DNA of 64,000 bases from a virus. The translations under genes and the position numbers were made by a program. The notes under the pieces are model-generated. The model was not told the origin of the DNA. It searched no databases and worked only from the letters and a program-made list of their open reading frames with translations. Numbering within the stretch: the stretch's first letter is position 1; every line of letters begins with the position of its first letter. Positions 1 to 9,483 of this stretch are shown here, one piece after another. Location: positions 1 to 64,000 of the IMG/VR virus record IMGVR_UViG_3300028800_000003. The stretch is one strand, 5' to 3'.

Positions 1-140
1 AGTCCCGCGATCACAGCCATGCGATTTCGCAATAGCATCGGTTTTCTCTTCAAGTGCGGGGTTGTTTATTGGTCGCAGATTGTTATAGCGATCTAAGTCT
101 ATCATGCATTCCTCCTCCTCTGATTTCATGCTTATCCGGT

Positions 141-677
141 TTAGACACACAGTCCTACATCTTGTGTCTGTTGGTTTTTGCGAAGTTCGGTGCGGATTTC
201 CATCCATAACTTGCCGAGCATGTTCTGGCCGTCGCGGTTCGGCCCCCATCCCCAAAAGTCGTCGCGCCAACTATCCTCGATCAACTCACGGTCGCCAGTC
301 GCAAGCAGCTTGCGGCGCACGTATTCATGCTGAGAGGCTTTTGCGCGGAGGATGTCCCGCATGACGCAAACTTTTACCGCGTCCCAATCGGGGCGCTGAA
401 TGGATTTGTGCTCTTGCGCTATTTTGAAGGCGGCATGGGCCGAAGGCGCAAACCGGATGTCGTCGGCGATTGCCGCAGCCATCGAACCAAAGGCCGGACT
501 GCGATTGCCCTCTTGGCCCGTCGCAAACCGCTCCCAATGATATGCGGCTTCGGAAGTGTCGAAGTCTCTACCGCGCCACAGCAGCCTAAAAGCCGAGAAG
601 TTCGACAAAACATAGAAATCCTGCTCGTAGAAAAAGACCTGCGCCTGAGAGTCGAGTTTGTGCGTTTCAATCAACAT
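141..677 (-). CDS. NADAR (YbiA-like) family protein
   Basis: Motifs LSNF, TSEAAYH, RPDWD, LLATGDRELIEDS..D.FWG and GQNMLGKLWMEIR are typical of NADAR. Confidence 0.92.
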   Translation of the reverse strand: MLIETHKLDSQAQVFFYEQDFYVLSNFSAFRLLWRGRDFDTSEAAYHWERFATGQEGNRSPAFGSMAAAIADDIRFAPSAHAAFKIAQEHKSIQRPDWDAVKVCVMRDILRAKASQHEYVRRKLLATGDRELIEDSWRDDFWGWGPNRDGQNMLGKLWMEIRTELRKNQQTQDVGLCV

Positions 678-753
678 CTAGTAGGTCTCAGTGTTTGTGT
701 GTGGCAACCGGATAAGCATGTCTGATTTCGTTGGTGTTTGATCGCTCTAGCGG

Positions 754-1030
754 TTATGCGGGCTCGTAGGTGGCTGCGAAGATGTCGGGCTTGCACGGAT
801 AGAATTTCGCCCTTTACGCCGCGAATGATCCAGTCACCGGGCTTGGCAATCATCACGCCTTCCAAGGTGCCGATGTGGATGTCGTTACCGAACCGCATGA
901 CGCATCCCGGAGTGTCGGGAGTCTGGTCAGCGCGAACCGCCGACTTTAGCCACTCGGGTGTGTCGAGAATTGCGCACCCATCCCACTGAACGGCTTCGAT
1001 CACGACTGGTTTCTTTCTGAATTTCGGCAT
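754..1030 (-). pseudogene. Conserved phage protein (RKKPVVIEAVQW / PGDWII family) with a +1 frameshift, either a sequencing error or a pseudogene
   Basis: Removing one base from the TTT at 805-807 restores the family C-terminus GEFYPCKPDIFAATYEPA* with its stop at 754. Confidence 0.8.
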
Positions 1031-1033
1031 CTT

Positions 1034-1315
1034 CTACTCCGTAGCCGCCTGTCTGGCGCGAGTCAGGGTAGCGGCGCTGATTTCAGGCAGCTTGCCGTCG
1101 GCAACATCATCGATGTCGGCCAACAACTCCAGCATCATCTGTGGCGCTGGTCCGGCAGTCTGCACCGCGACAATCTTCTCGGCGAGTTGCACAAGATTGA
1201 CCGTCGGGCATTTGCCCGTCAGGACAATGCTCTCGTTGTCGCCAAGGTTGTCGATTTCGTTGCCTTGGGCCACGATCTCATTGGCGATGACTTGTGCTAG
1301 TCCATTGGCGTCCAT
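1034..1315 (-). CDS. Hypothetical protein
   Basis: ORF coupled to neighbours in the minus-strand operon. Confidence 0.6.
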   Translation of the reverse strand: MDANGLAQVIANEIVAQGNEIDNLGDNESIVLTGKCPTVNLVQLAEKIVAVQTAGPAPQMMLELLADIDDVADGKLPEISAATLTRARQAATE

Positions 1316-1590
1316 CAGCTCGGCTCCACAATCTTGCCGCCTTGCGTCAAGGGAACGCTGCCGCGAAACTTCTCGCGCCCAGACTGGCGCTGGCTCGGCT
1401 TTTGCGGCTGCGGCTGCTCGGCAACGCGATTGATGGCAGCCCAGAAGCCCGCCCCATATACCCGCTCCATGTGGCCGGCGCGGTGAAGCACCAAGTCGCC
1501 ATGGGCGGTGATCTCAACCCGGTCGGCCTCTATCTGAATCGGGCTTCGGCTATGACCATCATGGTCGGCAATCAGAACGTAGCGAGCCAT
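1315..1590 (-). CDS. Hypothetical protein
   Basis: ORF with an AGGGA RBS, coupled to the next gene. Confidence 0.55.
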   Translation of the reverse strand: MARYVLIADHDGHSRSPIQIEADRVEITAHGDLVLHRAGHMERVYGAGFWAAINRVAEQPQPQKPSQRQSGREKFRGSVPLTQGGKIVEPS

Positions 1591-1628
1591 TCCCTTACCC
1601 TTTCCGCATATACCCGCATGGATATAGG

Positions 1629-3320
1629 TTATGCCGCCAGAGTTGTCCAGACCGGCGCGCGCACCAAGGCGCGAAATGCCGCAGCGAGGGCATCGACCTG
1701 GTCATCGTGCTTGTGGGATTCGTCTGGCTTGAAGGCGCACAGTTCATCAATCAGGTCTTTATTCCAGTCCCCCTCGCACATGACGATGATCTTGTGCTCG
1801 AAGCCCGCCACCAGCGGCGCTGCCCGAATGGCTTTCTTGCCGTGCTCCACCTCGACCGTCACGTCATAGCCGGCGAGTTGCTTTGCCAGCGCATACGCCA
1901 CGAATTTGCCGGACCCAGGGTCTTGCGGAATGCGGATGCGGCAGCTCGGGCCGTCGATTGCCGCAATGGCAGGAAGCGTTTTCTCGATCTGCCCCGGCGA
2001 GAGGCGGTCGCGGATCACGTCGAGGATGTAATAGATGTCATGCGGGTCAACGCCCATCAGGACGCCTGCCGTATAGTCCGGGTCCTTGCCCGGCTCCGGT
2101 TCGGTCCAGGCCAAATCCCAGGCGCGCACCAGGCGCAATTTCTTCTCGGCAATGAACGCGAAGCGATCGAACACCGGCAGTTTTGCGGTGAAAAACTCGC
2201 GCTTGAACATGCCGCCTTCGGCAGCGGTCGGGTTTTGTTGATATTGCGCAGCCTTATCGTGCGATGTCATGTATTTGGTGCGCGCATCGATTGCCGCTTT
2301 CGGCCATTTCACCGGCCACAGTACGTCGCCTTCCTCGCGGCGATCCTCCCATATCTCGCCGATGCGCGGCCCGATGTCGGTGCCGAAGCTGGCATCGGTC
2401 TTGCGAATGACCGGCTTGGTCAGCAGGCTGCCGCAGTTTTTCTTTTGCCCATCGGTCTTTAGATCGCGCATGAACAGGTACGGATGCTTGCGGTCGTGCT
2501 CATACGGCAGGCAGACATGGATGCCGTCGAACTCGTGGGCGAGGATGTGCCCGATCAGGTCATTCTCTGCCGTGCGCTGCATTGACAGGATGAACAAGCC
2601 ATGGATGTCGCGCAGGCGCGATTGCATGGCGTTGTCCCAGGTGCGGAGCATCTTGACGCGATCGGCCTCATAGGAATCGGCCACCGCGTTATGCACGTCA
2701 TCGAGCCCGATGATATGCGAACCGAACCCGGTGATGCCGCCCTTGGATGACAAGGCCTGGCGCAGCCCGCCGCGGTCATTGTTGAATTCCTGCACGCCTT
2801 CCTTGATCAGCTCGAAGCGATCGGGCGCAACAGCCTTTTCGACCTGGCCTTCCGTCACGTCGCCGATATTGAACCGGGTGCGCCAGCGGTCGCGATACCA
2901 GGAGGAGCGCACCAGTTGCAGATTCTTCGCCGCGTGCTGGTAGATCAGGTCTTGGTTGTAACCCAGGAAGATCATGCGGGCGCCGGGACCGCGCCAGCTA
3001 TTCGGCCGCAGGAAGCGCTTGTTATCGGGGTGGCCTTGCTTCGGGTCCTGTGCCCACAGCCAAGCAGGAAAGAACACATTGATGCCGAGCGACTTGGCGT
3101 GGCCGGGCGGCAAGGTGAAGATGATCAGGTTGCCAAGCTGCCAATCGACTGCCGCTGTGAGGTAGTCGCACATACAGTCAATGTGCCAGTTGCCAAGGAA
3201 CTGATCAGGCTCCAGCGCCCACGGCCAGGCGGCTGCCATGAAGCTGCCCAGCGACTCCTCATACTGAAGGCGGCTGGAGCGGGCGCGTTTGTTGATCGAT
3301 TCGTCGCCGTTAAGCAGCAT
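1629..3320 (-). CDS. terL: Terminase large subunit
   Basis: Walker A-like LPPGHAKS, Walker B IIGLDD, MQR..E.DL.G, QYQQNP; C-terminal nuclease motifs RAWDLA, DYTAGVLMG and HDDQVDA. Confidence 0.95.
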   Translation of the reverse strand: MLLNGDESINKRARSSRLQYEESLGSFMAAAWPWALEPDQFLGNWHIDCMCDYLTAAVDWQLGNLIIFTLPPGHAKSLGINVFFPAWLWAQDPKQGHPDNKRFLRPNSWRGPGARMIFLGYNQDLIYQHAAKNLQLVRSSWYRDRWRTRFNIGDVTEGQVEKAVAPDRFELIKEGVQEFNNDRGGLRQALSSKGGITGFGSHIIGLDDVHNAVADSYEADRVKMLRTWDNAMQSRLRDIHGLFILSMQRTAENDLIGHILAHEFDGIHVCLPYEHDRKHPYLFMRDLKTDGQKKNCGSLLTKPVIRKTDASFGTDIGPRIGEIWEDRREEGDVLWPVKWPKAAIDARTKYMTSHDKAAQYQQNPTAAEGGMFKREFFTAKLPVFDRFAFIAEKKLRLVRAWDLAWTEPEPGKDPDYTAGVLMGVDPHDIYYILDVIRDRLSPGQIEKTLPAIAAIDGPSCRIRIPQDPGSGKFVAYALAKQLAGYDVTVEVEHGKKAIRAAPLVAGFEHKIIVMCEGDWNKDLIDELCAFKPDESHKHDDQVDALAAAFRALVRAPVWTTLAA

Positions 3321-4371
3321 CGGCGTCGCCCTCGATTGCCGCCGGCTTGGTCGTGCCTTTGGTCTGCAATTCCTTGAAGCGCACGAAGACCGGCACCGGC
3401 AGGAACTGCACGCCGCCCACCGCGTCGACGTTATCGGCGATCGTTGCCAGTTCGGCGCGTTCGGCTTCTGTCAGTTGATCCTCGGCAATACCGTCGAAGA
3501 CGTGATCGCCAGGGCGCTCGTCCTCGATCTCCTTGGCCTGCACCGTGATCGGCCCACCACCTGGGCCGCTGACCTCGGTCTTGTTGCGGAATTCAGGATC
3601 AAGCGAGCGCAATAGGAAATGCTGATCGGCCATGCTGCCGGCCGCGGCGCGCGAGACGGTCGCGTCATAGCAGCCTTCGAGGATCGTCGCCTTGGCCTCC
3701 ACCCGCAGTTTTTGCAGTTCTGGCGAGCTATTAACCAGGCGTGAGATGGTTTCCCTGGAACACTTGACTCCATACGCATCCTCCAGCGCGCGAGCCGCTG
3801 CTGCCGGGCTGCGGGGGTTTGCCTTCACGGCTGACCAGACACGCTCGACCGTCCAGAACTTGCGCTTGCCTGGATTGCCTGGCTCTCCAGGCTTCGGCAG
3901 ATACGCGGTGCCGTCGTCCTGCTCGATCGGCTCGACATGCTCCTTGGTGTCAGGCAGCGTCGCCAGCAATTGCGTGAGCGCAAAGGTATGCGGTGCGTCA
4001 GGATGCAGGCCGAGTTTCATCCCGGCTTCGTTCATGCGCGTGATGGCTTCATTGCGCATGTTGACGTAATCGTTCCGGGTGAGGCCTGTCTTGCTCGGCA
4101 TCAACTCGGCAGCCGCTTCGCCTTGCGGCTTCAACATCGCCGGCACGTCGCGGCTATCGTATTCCTTGCCGTAGTCGGCAATCTTGCGCTCATACTTGCG
4201 CTTGTCGGAATACGCCTCGCAGTAATCGATCAGGATGTCCCGGTGCTTGCCGGCCGCGTCTACTCGATTATGATCGAGCCGCGGCCAAGTCTCGCGCCAT
4301 TTCCATGCAGCGTCGCCGTTGAAATAACTCGGCGGTTCAGGGCAATTGATTGTCAGTGCAGTGGTCGTCAT
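3310..4371 (-). CDS. terS: Terminase small subunit, long two-domain form
   Basis: Directly upstream of and overlapping terL; N-terminal P27-like PEPPSYF..AAWKW..YCEAY, an HTH region, and the C-terminal TEVSGPGGGPI motif of TerS. Confidence 0.75.
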   Translation of the reverse strand: MTTTALTINCPEPPSYFNGDAAWKWRETWPRLDHNRVDAAGKHRDILIDYCEAYSDKRKYERKIADYGKEYDSRDVPAMLKPQGEAAAELMPSKTGLTRNDYVNMRNEAITRMNEAGMKLGLHPDAPHTFALTQLLATLPDTKEHVEPIEQDDGTAYLPKPGEPGNPGKRKFWTVERVWSAVKANPRSPAAAARALEDAYGVKCSRETISRLVNSSPELQKLRVEAKATILEGCYDATVSRAAAGSMADQHFLLRSLDPEFRNKTEVSGPGGGPITVQAKEIEDERPGDHVFDGIAEDQLTEAERAELATIADNVDAVGGVQFLPVPVFVRFKELQTKGTTKPAAIEGDADAA

Positions 4372-4657
4372 TTTCCAAAAAGTCCGGTGGTGTAATTTCA
4401 AGAACGGCAAGCATTACCTCCGGCGCGGAGGACGATGGCGTTATGGTCTCGCCAGTCCTCCATTGCCGGGCCATCGCCCACGGTTCTGGCAAATAAACAA
4501 TCCGATCGGCCGCTACACGTATCCTCTCCCCAACCGGCAGACCGGTAACCGTCGAGCAATCGTAGGCGTCATTGATCGGATCGTACCCAACGATGATCAC
4601 CATCCGGCCATCCCCTTTCAGGGTGACAAGCTGACCGATCGGGTAGACCTCGTTCAT
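4337..4657 (-). CDS. Hypothetical protein (YodC/DUF2158-like SH3-type start)
   Basis: IGQLVTLKGDGRMVII start; ATGA coupling. Confidence 0.5.
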   Translation of the reverse strand: MNEVYPIGQLVTLKGDGRMVIIVGYDPINDAYDCSTVTGLPVGERIRVAADRIVYLPEPWAMARQWRTGETITPSSSAPEVMLAVLEITPPDFLENDDHCTDNQLP

Positions 4658-4839
4658 TGCTCAATTCCTCGCGCGTGCGCGCGTAGACCGTGACTGTGCG
4701 TGACGGGCGCCCGGTGTCTCTCCCGAATGCAATCGAGTATCCGCTGTCTCAGGTGCCAGTCGGGTTCCAACCCGAACCATTTACGGCTCAAGCCATAGAG
4801 CTGCGCCCATAGCGTCATCTGGCGACGTGTCAGCATCAT
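4654..4839 (-). CDS. Hypothetical protein
   Basis: Short coupled ORF. Confidence 0.5.
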   Translation of the reverse strand: MMLTRRQMTLWAQLYGLSRKWFGLEPDWHLRQRILDCIRERHRAPVTHSHGLRAHARGIEQ

Positions 4840-5298
4840 CCTTATCCCTTGCGTCGTAACCGTAGAGGCTTGCCCCGGTATTCTTTCCCTCTTGATCTGG
4901 TGGGTTTGGGAGGACGAGAGATTGATCCTTGGAACTCGCCATCATTCGTCGACTCCCCTCAACAGGTCCGCAGTGAACCCGATAGCGTTGACGGAATTGC
5001 CGGCACGCAACCGCCACGTCTTGGGTCCATCATGATTGCGGTAGCCATCTGCATATCCAGGCTTCTTCTCGCGGCGTATCGGCCTGCCACTCGGATGCTT
5101 GGTGGGAGGAGGCTTAATCGGGGTTGGTTTCATTTCACAAGCCACTCGGCTATGAGACCGCCGCCGACAGCGCACACACCGAGGAGACCGACGTTCACCA
5201 GCCAGAGCGGGACATCGCCATAGAGCGGCCCGAACATCAATTCGGTGACCGATGCGACCACGATGATATAGAGACCGGCGAGCGCCTGCATGGCGGGT

Positions 5299-5478
5299 TT
5301 ATTTCCCCTGTTGATTTGGTTGGTTTGCGAGGACGAGGCAGCGATTGGAACCGTCCAGCGCCGTCGCGATCTCCTTGCACTCTTGCGCCATCGCTCTGGC
5401 TTCCTCGTCGCCAAGGCAGATCGCAGCAGCGTACAGCTTGCGGGCGTATTCGCGCAGACGTTCAGGTGTCAATCTCAT
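5299..5478 (-). CDS. Hypothetical protein, paralogue of the N-terminus of 6664-7017
   Basis: RLREYARKLY....DEEARAMAQECKE resembles RLRQIAQKLY..HDSEATVMARECED. Confidence 0.6.
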   Translation of the reverse strand: MRLTPERLREYARKLYAAAICLGDEEARAMAQECKEIATALDGSNRCLVLANQPNQQGK

Positions 5479-5685
5479 GATCGCCGCCGTTTGAGAAAGA
5501 CATAGCCGTCTGACATGGCGACCATTTTCCCAGCCGTCCTGACCGAGTTTGTTAAGGTCTAGTTCAAATATCGACGCCGTCTCCTCAATGTTGAGGAAGC
5601 GGTGCATATGAACGACGCGATATTCCCAGCGACCGCCGCAGCCGGGACAGGTGGGCTTTGCCTTCGGCTGATCCTGATCGGTCAT
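5475..5685 (-). pseudogene. DUF4177-like small protein with a +1 homopolymer frameshift
   Basis: WEYRV...LNKLGQDGWE; deleting one base at 5525-5528 gives GWEMVAMSDGYVFLKRRRS* ending in an ATGA overlap with the next gene. Confidence 0.7.
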
Positions 5686-6284
5686 GCCCGCAATACCTCG
5701 ACTGCCTTTTTGACATCGGCCAGCAAGACATCAGACGGCTTGCGGCGAAGATAGTCGGTCTCATTCCACCAGCGCTCTCGCAGCTTCATTGGCAGGCGGA
5801 ACCATTCTTCTGCCGTGAAGGGCCATGCGTCGTCTGCCTTCGTTTCTTTCTTCTCTGCCTTCAACGCCGGTTTGATCAGCGCATAGAGCGGGTCCATGAT
5901 CTTTTCCATCTGCATGATGCCGTCGCCGAGCACCTTTCGTTTGCGCTCGCCGGCATCAGCGTCGCCGAATGTCCAATAGCCGTAGCGGATGTCGGCCATC
6001 GCCTCGTTGAACTTGTCGACGAGGCCTTGAACCGTGGTCGGCTCTGGCTTCGGCACGCGCGGACGTACAAACTCGAACCGGCCATCGGCGAATTCATCGA
6101 GCGGCCGCACGAAATACTTACCGGTTGCGAGCGAGCGGTAGATCACCAGCGGCTTATCGCGAAAGCACGCCTCCACCCATGACGCCATGGATGAACATCG
6201 CAGACCGGCATCGATGTCGATCACCTGATACTCGGTGCCGCGCTTCTTGTGTCGCCAGCGGCTGCCAATCCCAATCTCGATCAC
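5682..6284 (-). CDS. DUF1653-like domain protein
   Basis: GSRWRHKKRGTEYQVI...VIYRSL..GKYFVRPLDEFADGRFE. Confidence 0.7.
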   Translation of the reverse strand: MIEIGIGSRWRHKKRGTEYQVIDIDAGLRCSSMASWVEACFRDKPLVIYRSLATGKYFVRPLDEFADGRFEFVRPRVPKPEPTTVQGLVDKFNEAMADIRYGYWTFGDADAGERKRKVLGDGIMQMEKIMDPLYALIKPALKAEKKETKADDAWPFTAEEWFRLPMKLRERWWNETDYLRRKPSDVLLADVKKAVEVLRA

Positions 6285-6655
6285 GCCGCACTCCTCGCCG
6301 CCATGATTGCCTCCTCGATCACGTCGATGGCCGGCAGCTTCGGCTTTTCAGGCTTCGGCAATTCGCCGGTCTGCTCGACCTTGCGCAGTTTCACCGCCGG
6401 TTCGGAGCCGGTGTACTCGATCGCATCGATACAGACGCGAATCGCCATTCCGTCGCTGCCCCACGTTTCCATATTCATGCCGGTGATCATGATGCGGCCG
6501 CCCATGAATTCGATAGGCTTCTGGAATCCCTCGGTGCCAAGGTCGTAGAGTTTCTGGGCAAGGCTCATGTCATAGACCACAAGATTCAAACGAATGCCGT
6601 TGGGCTCGGCTGGTCGCCGGACGTAATATCCATCACCGCTCCACGGAATAGGCAC
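6281..6655 (-). CDS. Hypothetical protein
   Basis: Coupled ORF. Confidence 0.55.
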   Translation of the reverse strand: MPIPWSGDGYYVRRPAEPNGIRLNLVVYDMSLAQKLYDLGTEGFQKPIEFMGGRIMITGMNMETWGSDGMAIRVCIDAIEYTGSEPAVKLRKVEQTGELPKPEKPKLPAIDVIEEAIMAARSAA

Positions 6656-6663
6656 ATCACTCT

Positions 6664-7017
6664 CTATTCTTCAAAGCGCGCCGCGGCGTCGTTTATCTCG
6701 CCGTTGCGGTCGATCACCGATGCCAGATTGAGCACCACGGCGCCGGTGTAGCCGTCGATGCCGTCCGACTCCTCGTCCTTGATCAGATTGATGGCGACGG
6801 TGCGCAGACGACCTGAAATGCGCTTGCGCTCCTCGGTCTTCGCCATCTCGGTGCGCGGAGTGCGCGGAATTTCCATGCCGGCATCGACCTTGTCGAGTAA
6901 GGTTGCCGCATCCTCGCACTCGCGCGCCATAACTGTGGCCTCGGAGTCATGCAGGAAATACAGCTTCTGGGCGATCTGGCGCAGACGCGTCGCGTTGAGG
7001 TCCTTGAATATGCTCAC
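6664..7017 (-). CDS. Hypothetical protein
   Basis: GTG start with GGAGG RBS. Confidence 0.65.
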   Translation of the reverse strand: MSIFKDLNATRLRQIAQKLYFLHDSEATVMARECEDAATLLDKVDAGMEIPRTPRTEMAKTEERKRISGRLRTVAINLIKDEESDGIDGYTGAVVLNLASVIDRNGEINDAAARFEE

Positions 7018-7168
7018 TGTGCCTCCTTCGTTAGTTCGGCGATGACACCTTCCAGCCTTTGTTGAATCAGGCGCTTGTGCTCCGGCTTGAATTGTGACGT
7101 GGCGGCGACATCGATCAGGCGCTCCAGCCATTTCACCGGATCAGGCCCGATGTAATCCTTTTCTCTGC

Positions 7169-7480
7169 TCATGCCGCCTTCTTCTTCGGCTTCGCCTTGG
7201 TCTTGCGTTTTGTCTTGGCCTTCGCCTTGCCGATGCTGCGATTGAACGTAATCACCTCGCCGGTCTTGATGTCGCCGGCCTGGAGCGGGGCGCCATCAGG
7301 ATTCACAACTTTCACACCGTTGACGACCACCGGCCCGGTGTTGCTCGGCTTGCCCGTAAAGCGGATCACCTGACCAGAAGCCGGTGGGCGCGGCGGGCGC
7401 GGCGGGCGCGGCACGCAACGATGCTTGATGCCGACCAGGATCAGCAACGCATCGCAATGTTCGCAGCGTTCCTCGTTCAT
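7169..7480 (-). CDS. Hypothetical protein with a Lys/Ala-rich tail
   Basis: Coupled ORF; CxxC N-terminus and histone-like basic C-terminus. Confidence 0.6.
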   Translation of the reverse strand: MNEERCEHCDALLILVGIKHRCVPRPPRPPRPPASGQVIRFTGKPSNTGPVVVNGVKVVNPDGAPLQAGDIKTGEVITFNRSIGKAKAKTKRKTKAKPKKKAA

Positions 7481-7749
7481 GCGGCCTCCCGCGGCTTGCG
7501 TTTGCTGTCGTGCTCCGGTCCTGTGATAACGATCGCGCGGCGCTCGATACGTTGATTGAGCACGCGCTCGACTTCGGCGAGATACTTATCCACGGCGCGG
7601 TCTGCCCGGCGCCACAGGACCGGACGTTGATGCGGCGCCAGATGAAATGGATTGTCGCGCGCAAATTCAATCAATCGATTGGCGTTGCGCCACAGCACGC
7701 GCAGCGTCTCGATCTCCAGTCGCATGACCTCGCGTTGCAACGGTGTCAT
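7477..7749 (-). CDS. Hypothetical protein
   Basis: ATGA-coupled ORF starting MTPLQREV. Confidence 0.6.
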   Translation of the reverse strand: MTPLQREVMRLEIETLRVLWRNANRLIEFARDNPFHLAPHQRPVLWRRADRAVDKYLAEVERVLNQRIERRAIVITGPEHDSKRKPREAA

Positions 7750-8009
7750 GCTGCTTCCTTTCCGCCGCGGCCGGCAACGCGCCCGTCCCCGATCTTGTCG
7801 TTGGTGCCGAGATAGGCGCCATTGTGAATCGGCCAGATCATGCCGACGTTGGCGGCCTCGACCATGATCACCGGGTCGCCGAACATGGTGCCGCAGAAAT
7901 AACCGCGCGGCAGTGCGCCAAGACGCAACGCCAGGACGCGCGAGCATTTCAGATGCAGCGGCTCTGGCGGATCGCTCGCTTCAATCACCTTGATCGGAAT
8001 GCGCGTCAT
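7746..8009 (-). CDS. Hypothetical protein
   Basis: ATGA-coupled ORF starting MTRIPIKV. Confidence 0.55.
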   Translation of the reverse strand: MTRIPIKVIEASDPPEPLHLKCSRVLALRLGALPRGYFCGTMFGDPVIMVEAANVGMIWPIHNGAYLGTNDKIGDGRVAGRGGKEAA

Positions 8010-8088
8010 CGCACCAGCCAGCCGACGATGGTGCCAATGATGAACAGCGATGATCCGGCGATGTAGAAGATGCCTGGTAGATAGTGCA

Positions 8089-8400
8089 TCACGGCTCCAC
8101 ATCCTCGCCAAACATTTCCTGGACGCGCGGGAAGCCATTGCACGGATGATGATCGATCAAACAACGACCTGGCCGCACGCAGACCTTGTTATGCGGCCAC
8201 GGGTTATCGCCATCGGTGGCGACGGCGCCATTGTCCGCGTACATGCGCATCGCTTCGTCGCTCCATCCAGGAGGCGCGATGTCGTCCATTAGCTTGCGGC
8301 GACGATTGGCGCTATGAACCAGCAAATACGAGCTGATCAAACAGACGATTGCACCGCCCGAGACGGCGCCGACGACAAACGCTCCATAATCGCCGATCAT
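8089..8400 (-). CDS. Hypothetical membrane protein
   Basis: N-terminal hydrophobic helix; coupled. Confidence 0.55.
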   Translation of the reverse strand: MIGDYGAFVVGAVSGGAIVCLISSYLLVHSANRRRKLMDDIAPPGWSDEAMRMYADNGAVATDGDNPWPHNKVCVRPGRCLIDHHPCNGFPRVQEMFGEDVEP

Positions 8401-8933
8401 AGCCGCCCCGCCAGTTCATCGATGGCGCCGGGACGATAAAATTCACCGAAGGTTTTCTTGGCAGCTATATCGTATGCGTCTCCGGCCTCGTTTACGTCGT
8501 CAAAGTATCCGAGAAAGCGTAGCTTTCCATCATGCCGCAACTGTGCGACCCATTTTCGCTTTTCCTTGTGCCAGGAGACACCCTTCCGACCAGATTTATT
8601 GTGCTTCCGCAGACGGGCATTGGCCATGTTCTGACTTTTGGTGGCCGGCCGAAGATTCTTCCAGCTAATGTCGCTTTTGTTGGTATTTTCGTGATCAACA
8701 TCACCTATCGGCCACTCACCGGTCATGTAAAAGACGGCGAGACGATGTGCGAGATACACGCGCCCATCGACCTCTATGCGCCAATAACCATCTGGATTCA
8801 GATAGCCCGCACGACTGCCGGTCAGCTTACCGCCGCGCGAAACACGCCACGTCCATTGGCCTGTGATCGCGTCATAGGCGAGCAACGAACGGAGCCGATC
8901 CAATGTCAGATCAGAGGCGTGATGCGAGTTCAT
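8397..8933 (-). CDS. HNH homing endonuclease with AP2 DNA-binding domain
   Basis: YLAHRLA..YMTGEWP..VDHEN....N...NLRPATKSQN, then SGRKGVSW....KW.AQ......LGYF..A..AYD. Confidence 0.93.
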   Translation of the reverse strand: MNSHHASDLTLDRLRSLLAYDAITGQWTWRVSRGGKLTGSRAGYLNPDGYWRIEVDGRVYLAHRLAVFYMTGEWPIGDVDHENTNKSDISWKNLRPATKSQNMANARLRKHNKSGRKGVSWHKEKRKWVAQLRHDGKLRFLGYFDDVNEAGDAYDIAAKKTFGEFYRPGAIDELAGRL

Positions 8934-9483
8934 CAAGACACCCTCCGTAGTAGTCATCCCAGTTACGACACAGGCTGCCGTCTGGTTGCTGAACGGCAGG
9001 CAAACCGCCGTCTTTCAGCACCTCGCGCAACACGTTGCGAATGAACAAGCCGGTGCCGAAATGAAAGCAATACTGATCAGAGCCGATGCGAATGCCGTCG
9101 GCCTTCTGTTGCTTCCACTTCGCCGATGTCTCCGGCCAATCGACCGCCTTCGACAGCACCTCTTGCAGGTGATCGAGGCATTGCTTGCGAATCGATCCAG
9201 GCAGACGATGCCAGTTATTGATGCACCAGCGATCGAGGTCGCTCACCGGCTCAGGCTTATGCGACGCGATGATGGCCTCGATGTCGGCCGCCGAGCTTGG
9301 AAACTCCTCTGGTTCCGGTTTCTCTGGCGCCGCAATGGTGCGCACCCACTTGATGCGCTTCATGTCAACGTGACGCATGGCGCGCTGCATCGTTCCCAGA
9401 CCATATGCCAGGCCACACCCGGCGATGATCAGACCAACCGCGAGCAACAAATCGTCACGCTGCGGATGCAAAAGCAGACTCAT
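8911..9483 (-). CDS. Hypothetical protein with an N-terminal TM helix
   Basis: ORF containing FHFGTGLFIRNVLR. Confidence 0.65.
   Translation of the reverse strand: MSLLLHPQRDDLLLAVGLIIAGCGLAYGLGTMQRAMRHVDMKRIKWVRTIAAPEKPEPEEFPSSAADIEAIIASHKPEPVSDLDRWCINNWHRLPGSIRKQCLDHLQEVLSKAVDWPETSAKWKQQKADGIRIGSDQYCFHFGTGLFIRNVLREVLKDGGLPAVQQPDGSLCRNWDDYYGGCLDELASRL

Noticed and set aside
7169-7480. Tail-fibre-like motif (NTGPVVVNG...DGAPLQAGDIK) suggesting a structural gene
   Set aside because: Only a short fragment in a 103-aa ORF outside the structural module; insufficient support.
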